Assembly: GCA_002269645.1 (NCBI GenBank)
Contig: NIVC01000479.1
Location: forward strand, 62,001 to 126,000
Direction: 5' to 3'
From: Macrostomum lignano
Lineage: Eukaryota
DNA: 64,000 nt
Made by a program: the position numbers and the translations under genes. Within the stretch, counting starts at the first letter, position 1; the number at the start of each line of letters is the position of its first letter. This document shows, one piece after another, positions 13,475 through 24,958 of the stretch. Under the pieces are notes generated by a model. It worked only from the letters and a program-made list of their open reading frames with translations. It did not search any database and was not told the origin of the DNA.

Positions 13475-14886
13475 AGCTGTTTGCTTCTTTGTGCTTTGCT
13501 TAATTTTATTAGGCCATCTGAAGCTCGCTGTCATATTGTTTTCTTAAGGGGGGGGGGAGGATTCTTCGAAAACAGGTGATATTTTCTTCTTGCGCTCTGA
13601 AACTATTTTAAAACATTGTGTGCTTACTGTTGGTTAATATTTAGTATTGTTATATAATTATTCAATTAATACTCCTAGTGGATCTTTTCTTCAATCGGTT
13701 TATCTCTATATAGAGATTTCCCTAATAGGGATTCCCATATATAGAGATTTTTACAATCAGGATTTTCCTGCATGGGGTTTCCCTTGAATTCGAATTCCCC
13801 TATATAAGGATTTCCCTACATGGGGTTTCCCTTGAATTCGGATTCCCCCATATAAGGATTTCCCCGACATATAGTTTCCCAAGTAGGAATTCCCCTACAT
13901 GTGGATTTACCTACTTGTAGGTTTTCCTCAGTTTGGATTCTCCTATTTAGGTATTCCCCCATTCCCCTAAATAGGGATTTCCCATAACTAGATTCCCTGA
14001 CATAGAAATCTAAGATTCGGAGCCTCCTAAATGATAATGCCCTATTCTAAGACATCTCCTTCCTACGAATTCCTTATGGGAATTTCCAAAAAAGGATTCA
14101 CCTACGCATTGATTCCCCATTTTGCCAAAAGCCCCATAGAGTATAAAACCATACATTTAAAACCAAAAACGGTGAAGGTTATATAAGTTCGGCTGACAAA
14201 CTTCAATGTAAAAGAGCATTGTCCAAGGTTGTCAAGCTCTGTATTGCACCGGTGTTACAGACTCCGCAATGAAACCTTTGGTTGGCTGGTTGGATGTGGT
14301 GAAAATGACACTATTTATTGTGTAGATGTCACGTTGCAACACCTGTCGCGTAATATTACTTATTAACTTGCTACAATTGTGCATTCTGGTGCCATAAAAT
14401 GCCAAACGCCTAGCGAGCTGCGACGCACTTAAATCAATATATGATAATGTTATAAATATTCTGCTCTCATCAGATTTAATGTCGGGACAAAGTCTTTTTG
14501 TTTCTGTTTTTTTATTAAGTTATAAAAGCTGCATAGCATAAAGTTTTGGTGTAGTTAATAATTAACGAAAATTATTCTCCTTTCGCGAGCGAGTGTTCCG
14601 AGGCGTACAGTACCTGTCTGTACCTGTAGCAGATCTAAATTGTTTCCTTATGCTTTATTGTTAAATGCTCTCGACTGTCCTGCTGTCTTGAATAATATTT
14701 GGGGGAAAGACCAATATTTTTCGGCAGATTCAAGACAAATTTAGATAGATATTGCTTATGATGCTATGGTAACTATGCGTATGTGTGCTCATATATATAC
14801 AGACAGATTCGTTTGCCTTTTTGAATTTATTTATTGTCTTGTTTTGTTTTTTCTAGTGTTTTATTGCTACAGATTTTAGAATTTAG

Positions 14887-15520
14887 GAGGCTGGCCCAGT
14901 AACTGAGGATCTGGGAGGCTGGCCCAGCAACTGAGGGTCTGGGAGGCTGGCCCAGCAACTGAGGGTCTGGGAGGCTGGCCCAGCAACTGAGGGACTGGCC
15001 CAGTAACTGAGGGGCTGGCCCAGTAACTGAGGGGCTGGCCCAGTAACTAAGGGGCTGGCCCAGTAACTGAGAGTCTGGGAGGCTGACCCAGCAACTGAGG
15101 ATCTGGGAGGCTGGCCCAGCAACTGAGGGTCTGGGAGGCTGGCCCAGCAACTGAGGGTCTGGGAGGCTGGCCCAGTAACTGAGAGTCTGGGAGGCTGGCC
15201 CAGCAACTGAGGGGCTGGCCCAGCAACTGAGGGTCTGGGGGGCTGGCCCAGCAACTGAGGGTCTGGGAGGCTGGCCCAGCAACTGAGGGTCTGGGGGGCT
15301 GGCCCAGCAACTGAGGGTCTGGGGGGCTGGCCCAGCAACTGAGGAGCTGTGAGGCTGGTCCAGCAACTGAGGGTCTGGGGGGCTGGCCCAGCAACTGAGG
15401 AGCTGTGAGGCTGGCCCAGCAACTGAGGATCTGTGAGGCTGGCCCAGCAACTGAGGAGCTGTGAGGCAGGCCCAGAAACAGCATCTGGGAGGCTAGCCCA
15501 GCAACAGAGGATCTGAGGGG
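14887..15520. repeat. 28-bp (with 18-bp variant) minisatellite just upstream of AP1M1
   Basis: GGCTGGCCCAGCAACTGAGGGTCTGGGA tandem units. Confidence 0.92.
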
Positions 15521-15631
15521 ACGGATCAGTGGCTGAGAAACCTGAGCAAGATAATTAGCACTAGAAGTGAATAAATTATTTGTTGACACCGTTATTTATT
15601 AATAATGCTGCTAATTAACTTCAGTTTCGCA

Positions 15632-18600
15632 ATGTCTGCCTCGGCAGTTTACATCTTGGACAGCAAGGGCAAGGTGCTAATTAGTCGCAATTACCGCGGC
15701 GATATTTGCATGTCAGTCATTGAAAAATTTATGCCACTGTTAATGGACCGCGAGGAGGAGGGATCGGTGCAGCCGGTGTTACCCTGCGAGGACGTGTTCT
15801 TCATGTACATCAAGCACAGCAATGTGTACATTGTGGCTACTACAAAGAAGAATGCTAATGCAGGTCTAGTGTTCTCCTTCCTCTACAAGGTGGCCGATAT
15901 ATTTGTCGAGTATTTTAAGGCAAGGATTTTCTAAAAAATTATACTTGTTTTCTCTACTAACTACTGCTTAACGGTATAAGTAGAGTAACGTGCTCATCCA
16001 ACTATTTTTACTATCAAAAAGTCATCATAAAATATCATGAGTCAAAAAAATTTCCATGTATACCATAATTAACAATCGCCCCATGCCCCATTAACAATCG
16101 CCCCATACCCCATAACAATCGCCCCATACCCCATAACAATCGCCCCATACCCCATAACAATCGCCCCATACCCCATAACAATCGCCCCATGCTCCATCAA
16201 CAATCGCCCCATACCCCATAACAATTGCCCCATGCTCCATCAACAATCGCCCCATGCCCCATCATCAACAATCGCCCCATACCCCATAACAATCGCCCCA
16301 TACCCCATAACAATCGCCCCATACCCCATAACCATCGCCCAATACTCCATTACGAATCGCTTGTTATCGCTAAAACATTAGGTAAGTTTTTCCGTTACTA
16401 CTCGTTCTCGTAACAATTTTTAACAAATTGTTACGTAACAAAAGTCTCGTAGACTTTTAAGATGCAGTTTTTTCAAACCAAAATTCAGGACCTGGAAGAG
16501 GAGAGCATCCGAGATAATTTTGTTATAGTCTACGAACTGCTAGACGAAGTGATGGACTTTGGCTATCCCCAGACAACTGACACCAGAATCCTGCAGGAGT
16601 TCATCACGCAGGAGAGTCACAAGCTCGAGTTGGCGCCAAAACTGCCGCCCGCCGTTACCAACGCCGTCTCCTGGCGCTCCGAGGGTGTTAAATATCGTAA
16701 AAACGAAGTATTCCTAGACGTTATCGAGAGCGTTAACCTGATGGTTAGCGCTACTGGCAATGTACTTCGCAGCGAAATCGTTGGCTGCATAAAGATGCGA
16801 GACTATCTAAGCGGTATGCCCGAACTCAGACTGGGACTCAATGATCGAGTACTGTTTGAGTCTACTGGAAGTGAGTTGTTTGAGCTTTTTGTGGCGGGGG
16901 AGGGTAAAAACGAAGGAAAGAGGGTAAAAGAGATTGGGAGAGGGTAAAAGAGGTTGGGAGAGGGTAAAAGAGGTTGGGAGAGGGTAAAAGAGGTTGGGAG
17001 AGGGTAAAAGAAGTTGGGAGAGGGTAAAAGAGGTTGGGAGAGGGTAAAAGAGATTGGGAGAGGGTAAAAGAGATTGGGAGAGGGTAAAAGAGATTGGGAG
17101 AGGGTAAAAGAGATTGGGAGAGGGTAAAAGAGATTGGGAGAGGGTAAAAGAGATTGGGAGAGGGTAAAAGAGATTGGGAGAGGGTAAAAGAGATTGAGAG
17201 AGGGTAAAAGAGAAGGAGCGGGGTAAAAGAGGCCGCTAGAAAAGAGATTGGGAGAGGGTAAAAGAGATTGAGAGAGGGTAAAAGAGAAGGAGCGGGGTAA
17301 AAGAGGCCGCTAGAAAAGAATCGAAGGCAGAATAGGAAGGGAAAACGAGAAGAAAAGGGGAGAGTATAGTAGTGTGGAAAAGAGAGTAGAGAGGAGAAAT
17401 AGATGCTAGGATAGAAAGTCAGGATGAGAATAGAGTAAGATTGAGCGCGAATAGGAAAGTTTTTAAGTCAGGTCTTTGTTCATTTATTGTTTCGCACAAT
17501 ATCTGTCACCAATATCCGCAGGAGGCAAGAGCAAATCTGTCGAATTAGAGGACGTGAAATTTCATCAGTGCGTCAGGTTGTCACGTTTTGAGAACGATCG
17601 GACTATCTCTTTTATACCGCCAGATGGAGAGTTCGAACTCATGTCCTACCGGCTCAATACTCACGTGAGTACTTGATTATTGTTATACCTGTTTCCTAAA
17701 AAAAATCATCCTCGTATTACCTCGGTCATCGCCTCCCGTACCTTTGCTTAAAATCAACCAGGTGAAGCCGCTGATCTGGGTTGAATCGGTCATCGAAAGA
17801 CACGCTCATAGCCGCGTGGAGTACATGATTAAGGTAGGCTGAGTAGAAGAAAAAAATTCACTTCACTTGTGTTAGATAAAAAATTTGTTTATATATTGTT
17901 TAATTCTTAATTATGCATTAATTTATTTGCAGGCTAAGAGTCAGTTCAAGCAGCGCAGCACAGCTAATAATGTTGACATCATCATTCCTGTGCCACAGGA
18001 TGTTGATTCGCCAAAATTTAAGGTTTGTTGCTACATACGAGTATATTAATTGATTCTGCATATACTGTAATGTACGTGCGTCTTATCTCTACGTGCTTCT
18101 CATCGATTCACACCAACCCCACTCCAGTGCGCGTGCTTGCCTCTATCTCAATGTACACGCCTCATCGATTCAGACCAACCCCACTCCAGTGCGCGTGCTT
18201 GCTTGCCTCTATCTCAATGTACGAGGGGTGATCAAAAAGTTCTGCAACCTTTTGTTATAGCTTTTAGTTATAGAATCGGCAAAAGCCGAAAACTTACACA
18301 TATGCGGCTATATCTGTTTGCTATATTTATATGCATTTTTGGCTTCCAAATTTGCTCCAGTAAAATTTCACAGCCATATATTTTCCATGTGTTTTCAGTA
18401 GCTGATGGAAACATCAAAAGACAGTGTTCGCTTCTATATCTTTATGCGCATGCAACTTGGTTGCAAAGTGACTGAGACTCACACCGATCTGGTGAATGTT
18501 TTAGCTGACTCTGCTCCATCATTTGACACGGTTGCCCGCTGGCTGCGCCATTTCTTGGAAGGCTGGGACAGCTTCAACGACGAACCGAGGTCTGGCCGAC

Positions 18601-20126
18601 CCCGGACATCTGTGACCGAAGATGTCGTGGCCCATGCCGATGCAATAATTCGTGAGGATTGGAGCATTATGCTGAGATTCATTGCCTATGAGCTTGGTGT
18701 CAGCTATGGAAGTGCCCATAACATCATGCATGAGCAACTGGGCCGTACAAAGACCTGCGCTCGGTGGGTACCCCATCTTCTCACTCCGGAGCAGCAAGCA
18801 GAGAGGGTGCGCATCTGTCGCTTGTGGCTGCAAATGTTTGAGCCCCACCGCCCACGACAACTGTCGGATGTCATCACAGGAGACGAATGTTGGATCTCCT
18901 TCTTTACCATGAAGGATAAGCAGTCCAACATGGTCTGGCTAGCAGAAGATGAGCCAAGGCCTGAGGTGCTGAAGACCGGATTCCGCAGTCCGAAGCGGAT
19001 GTTCACCATTTTTTTCAACTCTCAGGGTGTTGTAGCGGTGAACATCCTTCCAGCGGGTGCCACAGTGACTGCCAGGTACTACACAGACACTGTTCTGCCA
19101 GGCGTGCTGCAGGAGCGGCAGGAACGTGCGCGAACCAGGCATGGACCTCGACTCCTATTGCACCATGACAATGTGGCACCGCACAGAGCGGCATCAACCA
19201 TGGCGTACCTGGAGCAGCAGGGGGTCCGGCTGCTGCCCCATCCACCCTACTCTCTAGACCTAGCACCTTCCGACTTTTGGCTGTTCCCGAGGATCAAATC
19301 CGTCGTTTCTGGGAGGCCGTTTTCACGCATGCAAGACCTTGCCCAAGCGGTAAATTCAGCTCTACAGGGTATACCAACTTCGGAGTACCATGACTGCTTT
19401 CAGACATGGTGCACACGGATGCGACGGTGCATAGATAGTGGTGGAAAGTACTTTAAGGGAATGTGACACTGATTAGACGCCTTGGCTGCTGTAGCACAGA
19501 GTTGTGAGGTCACTTGCAGAACTTTTTGATCACCCCTCGTACACGCCTCATCGATTCAGACCAACCCCACTCCAGTGCGCATGCTTGCCTCTATCCCAAT
19601 GTACATCCCCTAATAGTCAATAACGTATTTAATAATTCACATACATATTATCTTCCAGACAACCGTAGGCAGCTGCCACTACCAGCCGGAGAGCAGCACA
19701 GTTATCTGGAGCATCAAATCTTTCCCAGGCGGCAAAGAGTATCTAATGCGCGCCCACTTCGGCTTGCCAACAGTTGAAACCGAAGAGACCGAGGGCAGGC
19801 CGCCCATTGCTGTCAAGTTTGAGATTCCTTACTTCACCGTGTCTGGAATTCAGGTAAGAGCACCGAGGCCATAGGAGATACCGATGAAAGATTGGCTGAT
19901 GGGGAATCACCCAACACTCGCTGCTATTATTTAACAGCAGTCACGTGACAAATATTTTTCGTCGGATAGCAGGGCCTGTGACTCATTCCTACAGTTAAAG
20001 TTTTCATTATTGTCTACCTATTTCCAGGTTCGCTATCTAAAGATCATTGAACGCAGCGGCTATCAAGCTCTGCCTTGGGTCCGTTATATCACACAAAACG
20101 GCGACTACCAGCTGAGAACGCAGTGA
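15632..20126 (+). CDS. AP1M1: AP-1 adaptor complex mu subunit; join(15632..15919,16489..16870,17522..17664,17762..17833,17933..18022,19659..19853,20028..20126)
   Basis: Near-collinear with known mu1 sequences from [22 protein letters not shown] to [20 protein letters not shown]. All exon phases are compatible. The first intron is GC-AG. Confidence 0.97.
16070..16340. repeat. 20-bp minisatellite in AP1M1 intron 1
   Basis: AACAATCGCCCCATACCCCAT-like tandem units. Confidence 0.9.
16912..17320. repeat. 20-bp purine-rich minisatellite in AP1M1 intron 2
   Basis: GAGAGGGTAAAAGAGATTGG tandem units. Confidence 0.92.
18222..19539 (+). mobile_element. Full-length mariner (Tc1/mariner, DD34D) element, 1318 bp, in AP1M1 intron 5
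   Basis: Perfect 26-bp TIRs CGAGGGGTGATCAAAAAGTTCTGCAA. TA TSD at 18220-21 and 19540-41. Inserted into a ~60-bp intronic minisatellite unit. Confidence 0.97.
18405..19466 (+). CDS. Mariner transposase, 353 aa, uninterrupted
   Basis: WVPHLL linker, [14 protein letters not shown] and [13 protein letters not shown]. Counted 34 residues between the 2nd and 3rd Asp. Confidence 0.95.
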   Translation: METSKDSVRFYIFMRMQLGCKVTETHTDLVNVLADSAPSFDTVARWLRHFLEGWDSFNDEPRSGRPRTSVTEDVVAHADAIIREDWSIMLRFIAYELGVSYGSAHNIMHEQLGRTKTCARWVPHLLTPEQQAERVRICRLWLQMFEPHRPRQLSDVITGDECWISFFTMKDKQSNMVWLAEDEPRPEVLKTGFRSPKRMFTIFFNSQGVVAVNILPAGATVTARYYTDTVLPGVLQERQERARTRHGPRLLLHHDNVAPHRAASTMAYLEQQGVRLLPHPPYSLDLAPSDFWLFPRIKSVVSGRPFSRMQDLAQAVNSALQGIPTSEYHDCFQTWCTRMRRCIDSGGKYFKGM

Positions 20127-22946
20127 GGCGGCATGACTTCCTACTTCAACTAATTGTCCTAATTTTTGCCAGGTTAATTTTTCTCGCTCATTGGACTGTC
20201 AATTGTCCGGCTTTGCCTGTTTTACAATTTAATCCTAAAATGTGCAAATTTAGCTAGTATATGTAGATCTTGATTCTCTTAAAGATCTATTAGATGCCTA
20301 GATCTATTGCTAAACTGTGTGAATGCTGCCATGGGACTCATTACTACTATTACTACTATTACTATTATTCTTTTGTCCAGGTAGTAATAGTTTGAAAATG
20401 ACATTGCGTACTTTTGTTTATAGTTAGTGCTACTGTACTATATTTCTAGTTTTTATTTTGAGTTTTATTTTCTGACCTGAGGTAAATACGAGGTAGAGCT
20501 CTACCCTTATTTTAGTTTTATAAAATCACATGTGATGTTTATTAGGGCATTATCTCGTGTTTTTTATGGTGAAGTAGAAATTTGATAAGCAAATTCAGTT
20601 TTCAAACTAGCTCTTATCTGGTGTATTCTAGGCCCACGCTCCTTAATAATTATTCAATTCTCGCAAATGCGTCTGTTAGAAAAGCTTTACTTTAATAGCT
20701 ACATAATTTACCAAATTGTGAGTGCTAGTAATTATATTATATTCTAGGCCTCGAAACTAAATGCTACTTATTTTGTCTTCTCTACACTTTTGATGCCGGT
20801 TATTGCGTTTTTTGGCTTGCTAGGTTTACTCCGGGTTGTTGTCAGGTAAACTTAGAGTTGGAGTGTAAACTGTGTAATCGTAATCGATTTGGCAGTCAAA
20901 TATCTTTTGTTTTTTTTTGCTTTTGAAAACACCGACCAAATTGTTATATATTTGAATGTTATTATTATTCGCTTTCGTCTGTCATGATGGGCCCAATTTA
21001 ATAGTACATTTTACTGTGTCTCTATTTATTTACTATTAATATGGTTAGTAGTAGTACGATTAAATTTTATTATTTTTAAGAAAGGATATAGGCTAAAAAA
21101 GTCAGAGTTGATAATCAACCCGTATGTTTAAAGCTACCATTTAAGGCTAACTAATAAAATGGATATAAAAACAGTGGGTTAAAGCGCTTGCGGTGGTTTC
21201 TTGTGTTTTGGCGTCAGCCGATAACTCTAAGAAAACGATAAACTTTACACCAGCCCCGCAAACCCCTCACCGGGTGATTAAGTGGATTGTAGGTTAAATG
21301 CAGCTGTAAAAATCGATAAGCCCCTTCACTCCACACACAGGCGTCCCCGCTAACTAAATTAATTTAATTTAATGGCGATAATAAAGTTTGCTTACTTGAC
21401 TGTGTGTAGACTAAAACAAGTAGCCAAGCCAGCAAGAAAATCGATACGAGAACGGGCCGCTCGCTGACTAAGCGTTAGAAAACTGAGCGAGGATTGGGTG
21501 AAGGCTTGCGGCGGGGGGCATCTAGAAAATCGATTTAGCTAGCTAATATGCTTCACACAGCCTGATAGTGAACAAAACAATTGAAGTAGGCATAGGTTGA
21601 TAGAATTCAAAGCTTCATTTTATATCTAATAGTAATACTCTGTTACTTGTAGAATGATAGATCACTAAGGAAGGCGATGAATTACATTATTATTATACTC
21701 GTAGATTGCTGCTCCGCTTTTTACAGTGCGGGACTGTGACCAAATAAAATCTATAAGATCCATTTGACAACTGCTTTATTTACTTATTTATTGCGCTTTC
21801 TTTCACCATAATTTACGTGAAACAACAGCAAAAAAGTTGACCATGTCATTGTTTTATCATTCCCTTACTAACTATCATATCTGTAGAATATATTATTTCT
21901 TAAAGACACGATCGTAAATCTGTTTCGATTGCAATCGAGCAATGCGCTCGAATAGTATATAATATTTCTACCGTATTGTGTTTACATTGTGTTATTATTT
22001 TACGCATAGTATCCGTTCGTGCATTAACTAGTTAATTCTTAGTTGTGAGTAATTTTCATCTTTTTTCATCAATAAGTGCTGTGTCGGCGCATGATTCCGT
22101 TTCTATTGTATCAGCGTTGCCCTCCCTGTTACGTTCCAAATTTCAGAATATGATAAATATACGGCTTATGAAAATTACTTATTACTCGTGATTTGTCAAA
22201 TGAAAATATTTTTTGTTTACTTACCATATTGTCTTTATTTTTCCTTAGTCTATTTAGATAGATCTGTAAAAAAATTAACTGCAAAGTTTAATATCCATTT
22301 TTTGTTAGAATAGTTACTCACTCATCACGGAGTAACGTTACGAACCAATTGATCTTTACTGAGAGAATAAAGCTATTGAAGAGTGAAGACTTACCGGTAC
22401 TTGCTTTTGATTGTCTATGGTCCAAATTGGGACCACAGATCTGCAATCTTAACCTCAATCTCAATTGATTGATTGAACTCAATCAAAGATTTTATATGTA
22501 TTTCGATCTTCAGTTCATGCATGTAGATAATTGAAGCCTAAATAGAGCTTTTGTGATTCAACCTCAGCCAATCATTGCCCCATGATGTACGCGCATTGCT
22601 TTGTTTTGAGTCCGGGGAATAAAAGGTGTTGAGCTGTGGCTATAAAACTGACTTTTCGAGCCATGCTATTTCAGCCTGGGACGAGCAAACTCAGCCATGA
22701 AGTTACAAGCAATATTGGCTTGTCCAAGACCAAAGATAGCACAGCACGGCTCTTAAAGCTGTGTCTATGGCCCAACCAGGGAAAAGCTGCTTGGAAAAAG
22801 CCAACTTACAAATGCCATGGTAGCTGAGATTGAATGTCCCTAGGCTGGGATAGCAAGACAAAAGCTACCATATTCGACTTTTCACTAATACGAATAAGTG
22901 TGTGTTCTATTCGAAGCATACCAAAAAACGCAATACAATCAAAATA

Positions 22947-23711
22947 ATGATTAGCTTGTGCAGCACCATCCGAATTTTATGCTGCTGGTACCTTCTAGTG
23001 GGTCTTATGTTTGCTTCTAATGTTGCGGCTGAAGACGAAGTAGTTGAAGAGACTTACGGTAAGAAAATATATGACATTATTTCGTTTTACGATACCCCCA
23101 ACCTCAACTGATTCAATAAGAGTAATAATGCGTAGTTTTCAGTTTCAGGTAGAATACTTTTCAGACTAGAGAGATTAGAGAGGGAACGAGAGGGAATAGA
23201 GGAGAGAAAAATAGAGAATAGATGAGTGAAGAGAAGATAATCGGAGAAAGGAGAGAGAAAAGAGCTGAGAAGAGACAAACCTTGGGCGGGCTGTGAGAGG
23301 CTTTGTGGGCCGGAGTTTGCCCATCCCTGGCCTGTAGACTCAGTTTCAGAATCGGGGGTTGGGGGGTCTTCACGACGCAACCAACCACGATGCCTTCTTT
23401 GAACTCGTCTAATCGTTCGCTTCGCAGACTACGGTTCAAATTACAAAGGCTGCTTCGAAGACAACCATTCAAGCCCGGACATGGGTGCCGACCGGACCCG
23501 GATGTACGAGATGACCCTGGAGAAGTGCACAAATTGGTGCAAGGGAAAAAACACTAAGTACATGGGCATGCAAGACGGGGACACGTGCTCTTGCGGCGAT
23601 CACTACGGCAAATACGGCATGAGTGCCGATTTCGACTGCTCAGTCCCGTGCGAAGGCAACGTGAAAGAGAGATGCGGCGGTATCAGTCACAATGCTGTGT
23701 ACAGTTTGTAG
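22947..23711 (+). CDS. Small secreted single-WSC-domain protein; join(22947..23058,23428..23711)
   Basis: Hydrophobic signal peptide ending VAA. WSC Cys pattern YKGCFED...MTLEKCTNWC...YMGMQDGDTCSCG...CSVPCEG...ERCGG...VY. Phase-1 GT-AG intron. Confidence 0.85.
23155..23329 (-). mobile_element. Fragment of a dispersed hAT-like non-autonomous repeat in the WSC intron
   Basis: The minus strand reads CAGGGATGGGCAAACTCCGGCCCAC...CAAGGTTTGTCTCTTCTCAGCT, homologous to 39580-39720 (+). It resembles hAT CAGGG..CAAACT..GGCCC termini. No second end or TSD was found. Confidence 0.55.
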
Positions 23712-24758
23712 GTTAATACCCCCCTACAACTCTACACTAAACCCTGTATAATCTGATCGGAAGCTTAAGTTAACGAATTTAAACGTTTTCAAGCCTGCGC
23801 ACATGCTCCTTTTTAGCGAAGCGTGGAACAAAATGTTCTGCATTCTGCAATTGTAAGTATAGATAATTGGTTCTGACTATTGAAATTTTAGTTTAATTTT
23901 AAGTATACGAGTATAGCTAAAGATTTAAAACTTAGTTATTACGGTGTCACCTATATAGGACTTCCTGTAGTAGCCATATTGTTTGACATCGAAGCGGTTT
24001 TTGTGAGTACATTTTTTTTCAAACAAACCTGGAGTATGCAGTCGGTTGTTTAATGATCTTATTTATACATATGGCCACAAGCCATAGGCATTAAGTGTTG
24101 CTAAGCGTACAAAATATACAAAACTGGAAAACCCCGTGCATTCGATTCGATTCGATGCACACATGCATTTGCTTGTCGGTAAAAAAAATTATCTGCTTTG
24201 TTAATTAAAGTGCTTAGCACAATAGAATTTACGAGTAACTACATGTAGCTAGCTAGCTATGCTGTACTTAAAAGTGTACTTAAATTAGAATTCTTTATTG
24301 CCTATCAGAAAGAAATATATTAAAGTACTAAAGAGTAACAGAAAACTTTCTTTGCAAACTTATCAGCATGTAGCTATGTCGTAGAGGTATAACAGTACTA
24401 CTGTACTTGGCATGATTTATTATAACAAAATTATTTGTAGCCACTACGAGCTACATGTACATTCTTGTGATAAATCAAACTTTGCAATACAATAGGTATT
24501 AAAAGTGGTAACTGCTCTCTGTTATGTTCCTAATTAGTTAATGTGCTTCTGGCCTGAGTGGTCTCTTACGCCTTTATCTGAGATTGTACTCTACTAACAT
24601 TCACTCATATTGAGAGTTTCACTCAGTACGAGTGTTAAGGGTCAGAGGGTTACAGCTTCCTATTTAAAAAATATGTACTGAAGTATTCTGCTTAATGCGA
24701 TTTCTTATATTGCTACAGTAAATCTAGATATATTCCTCATTCTGACCGGATTCGAGTA

Positions 24759-24958
24759 GAGCAAGCGAGTTTTTTGTGTGTTTGGAAAAGAACAGAAAAT
24801 AATAATTATTGGCAATAAACTGATAATAGCACGCATCTCACCTGTCTCACTATATTATATTAAAGCCAGACCGTTATCACATAGCCTTCTAATAAAGTGC
24901 TGCGCCAATGAATATTATTTTCTGTTCTTTTCCAAACACACAAAAAACTCGCTTGCTC
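24759..24958. mobile_element. 200-bp MITE with ~50-bp TIRs and TA TSD
   Basis: GAGCAAGCGAGTTTTTTGTGTGTTTGGAAAAGAACAGAAAATAAT is inverted at both ends. TA flanks at 24757-58 and 24959-60; the reconstructed empty site is AGTACT. Confidence 0.88.

Noticed and set aside
14827-15589. Overlapping minus-strand ORFs of 179-207 aa
   Set aside because: Derived from the 28-bp minisatellite.
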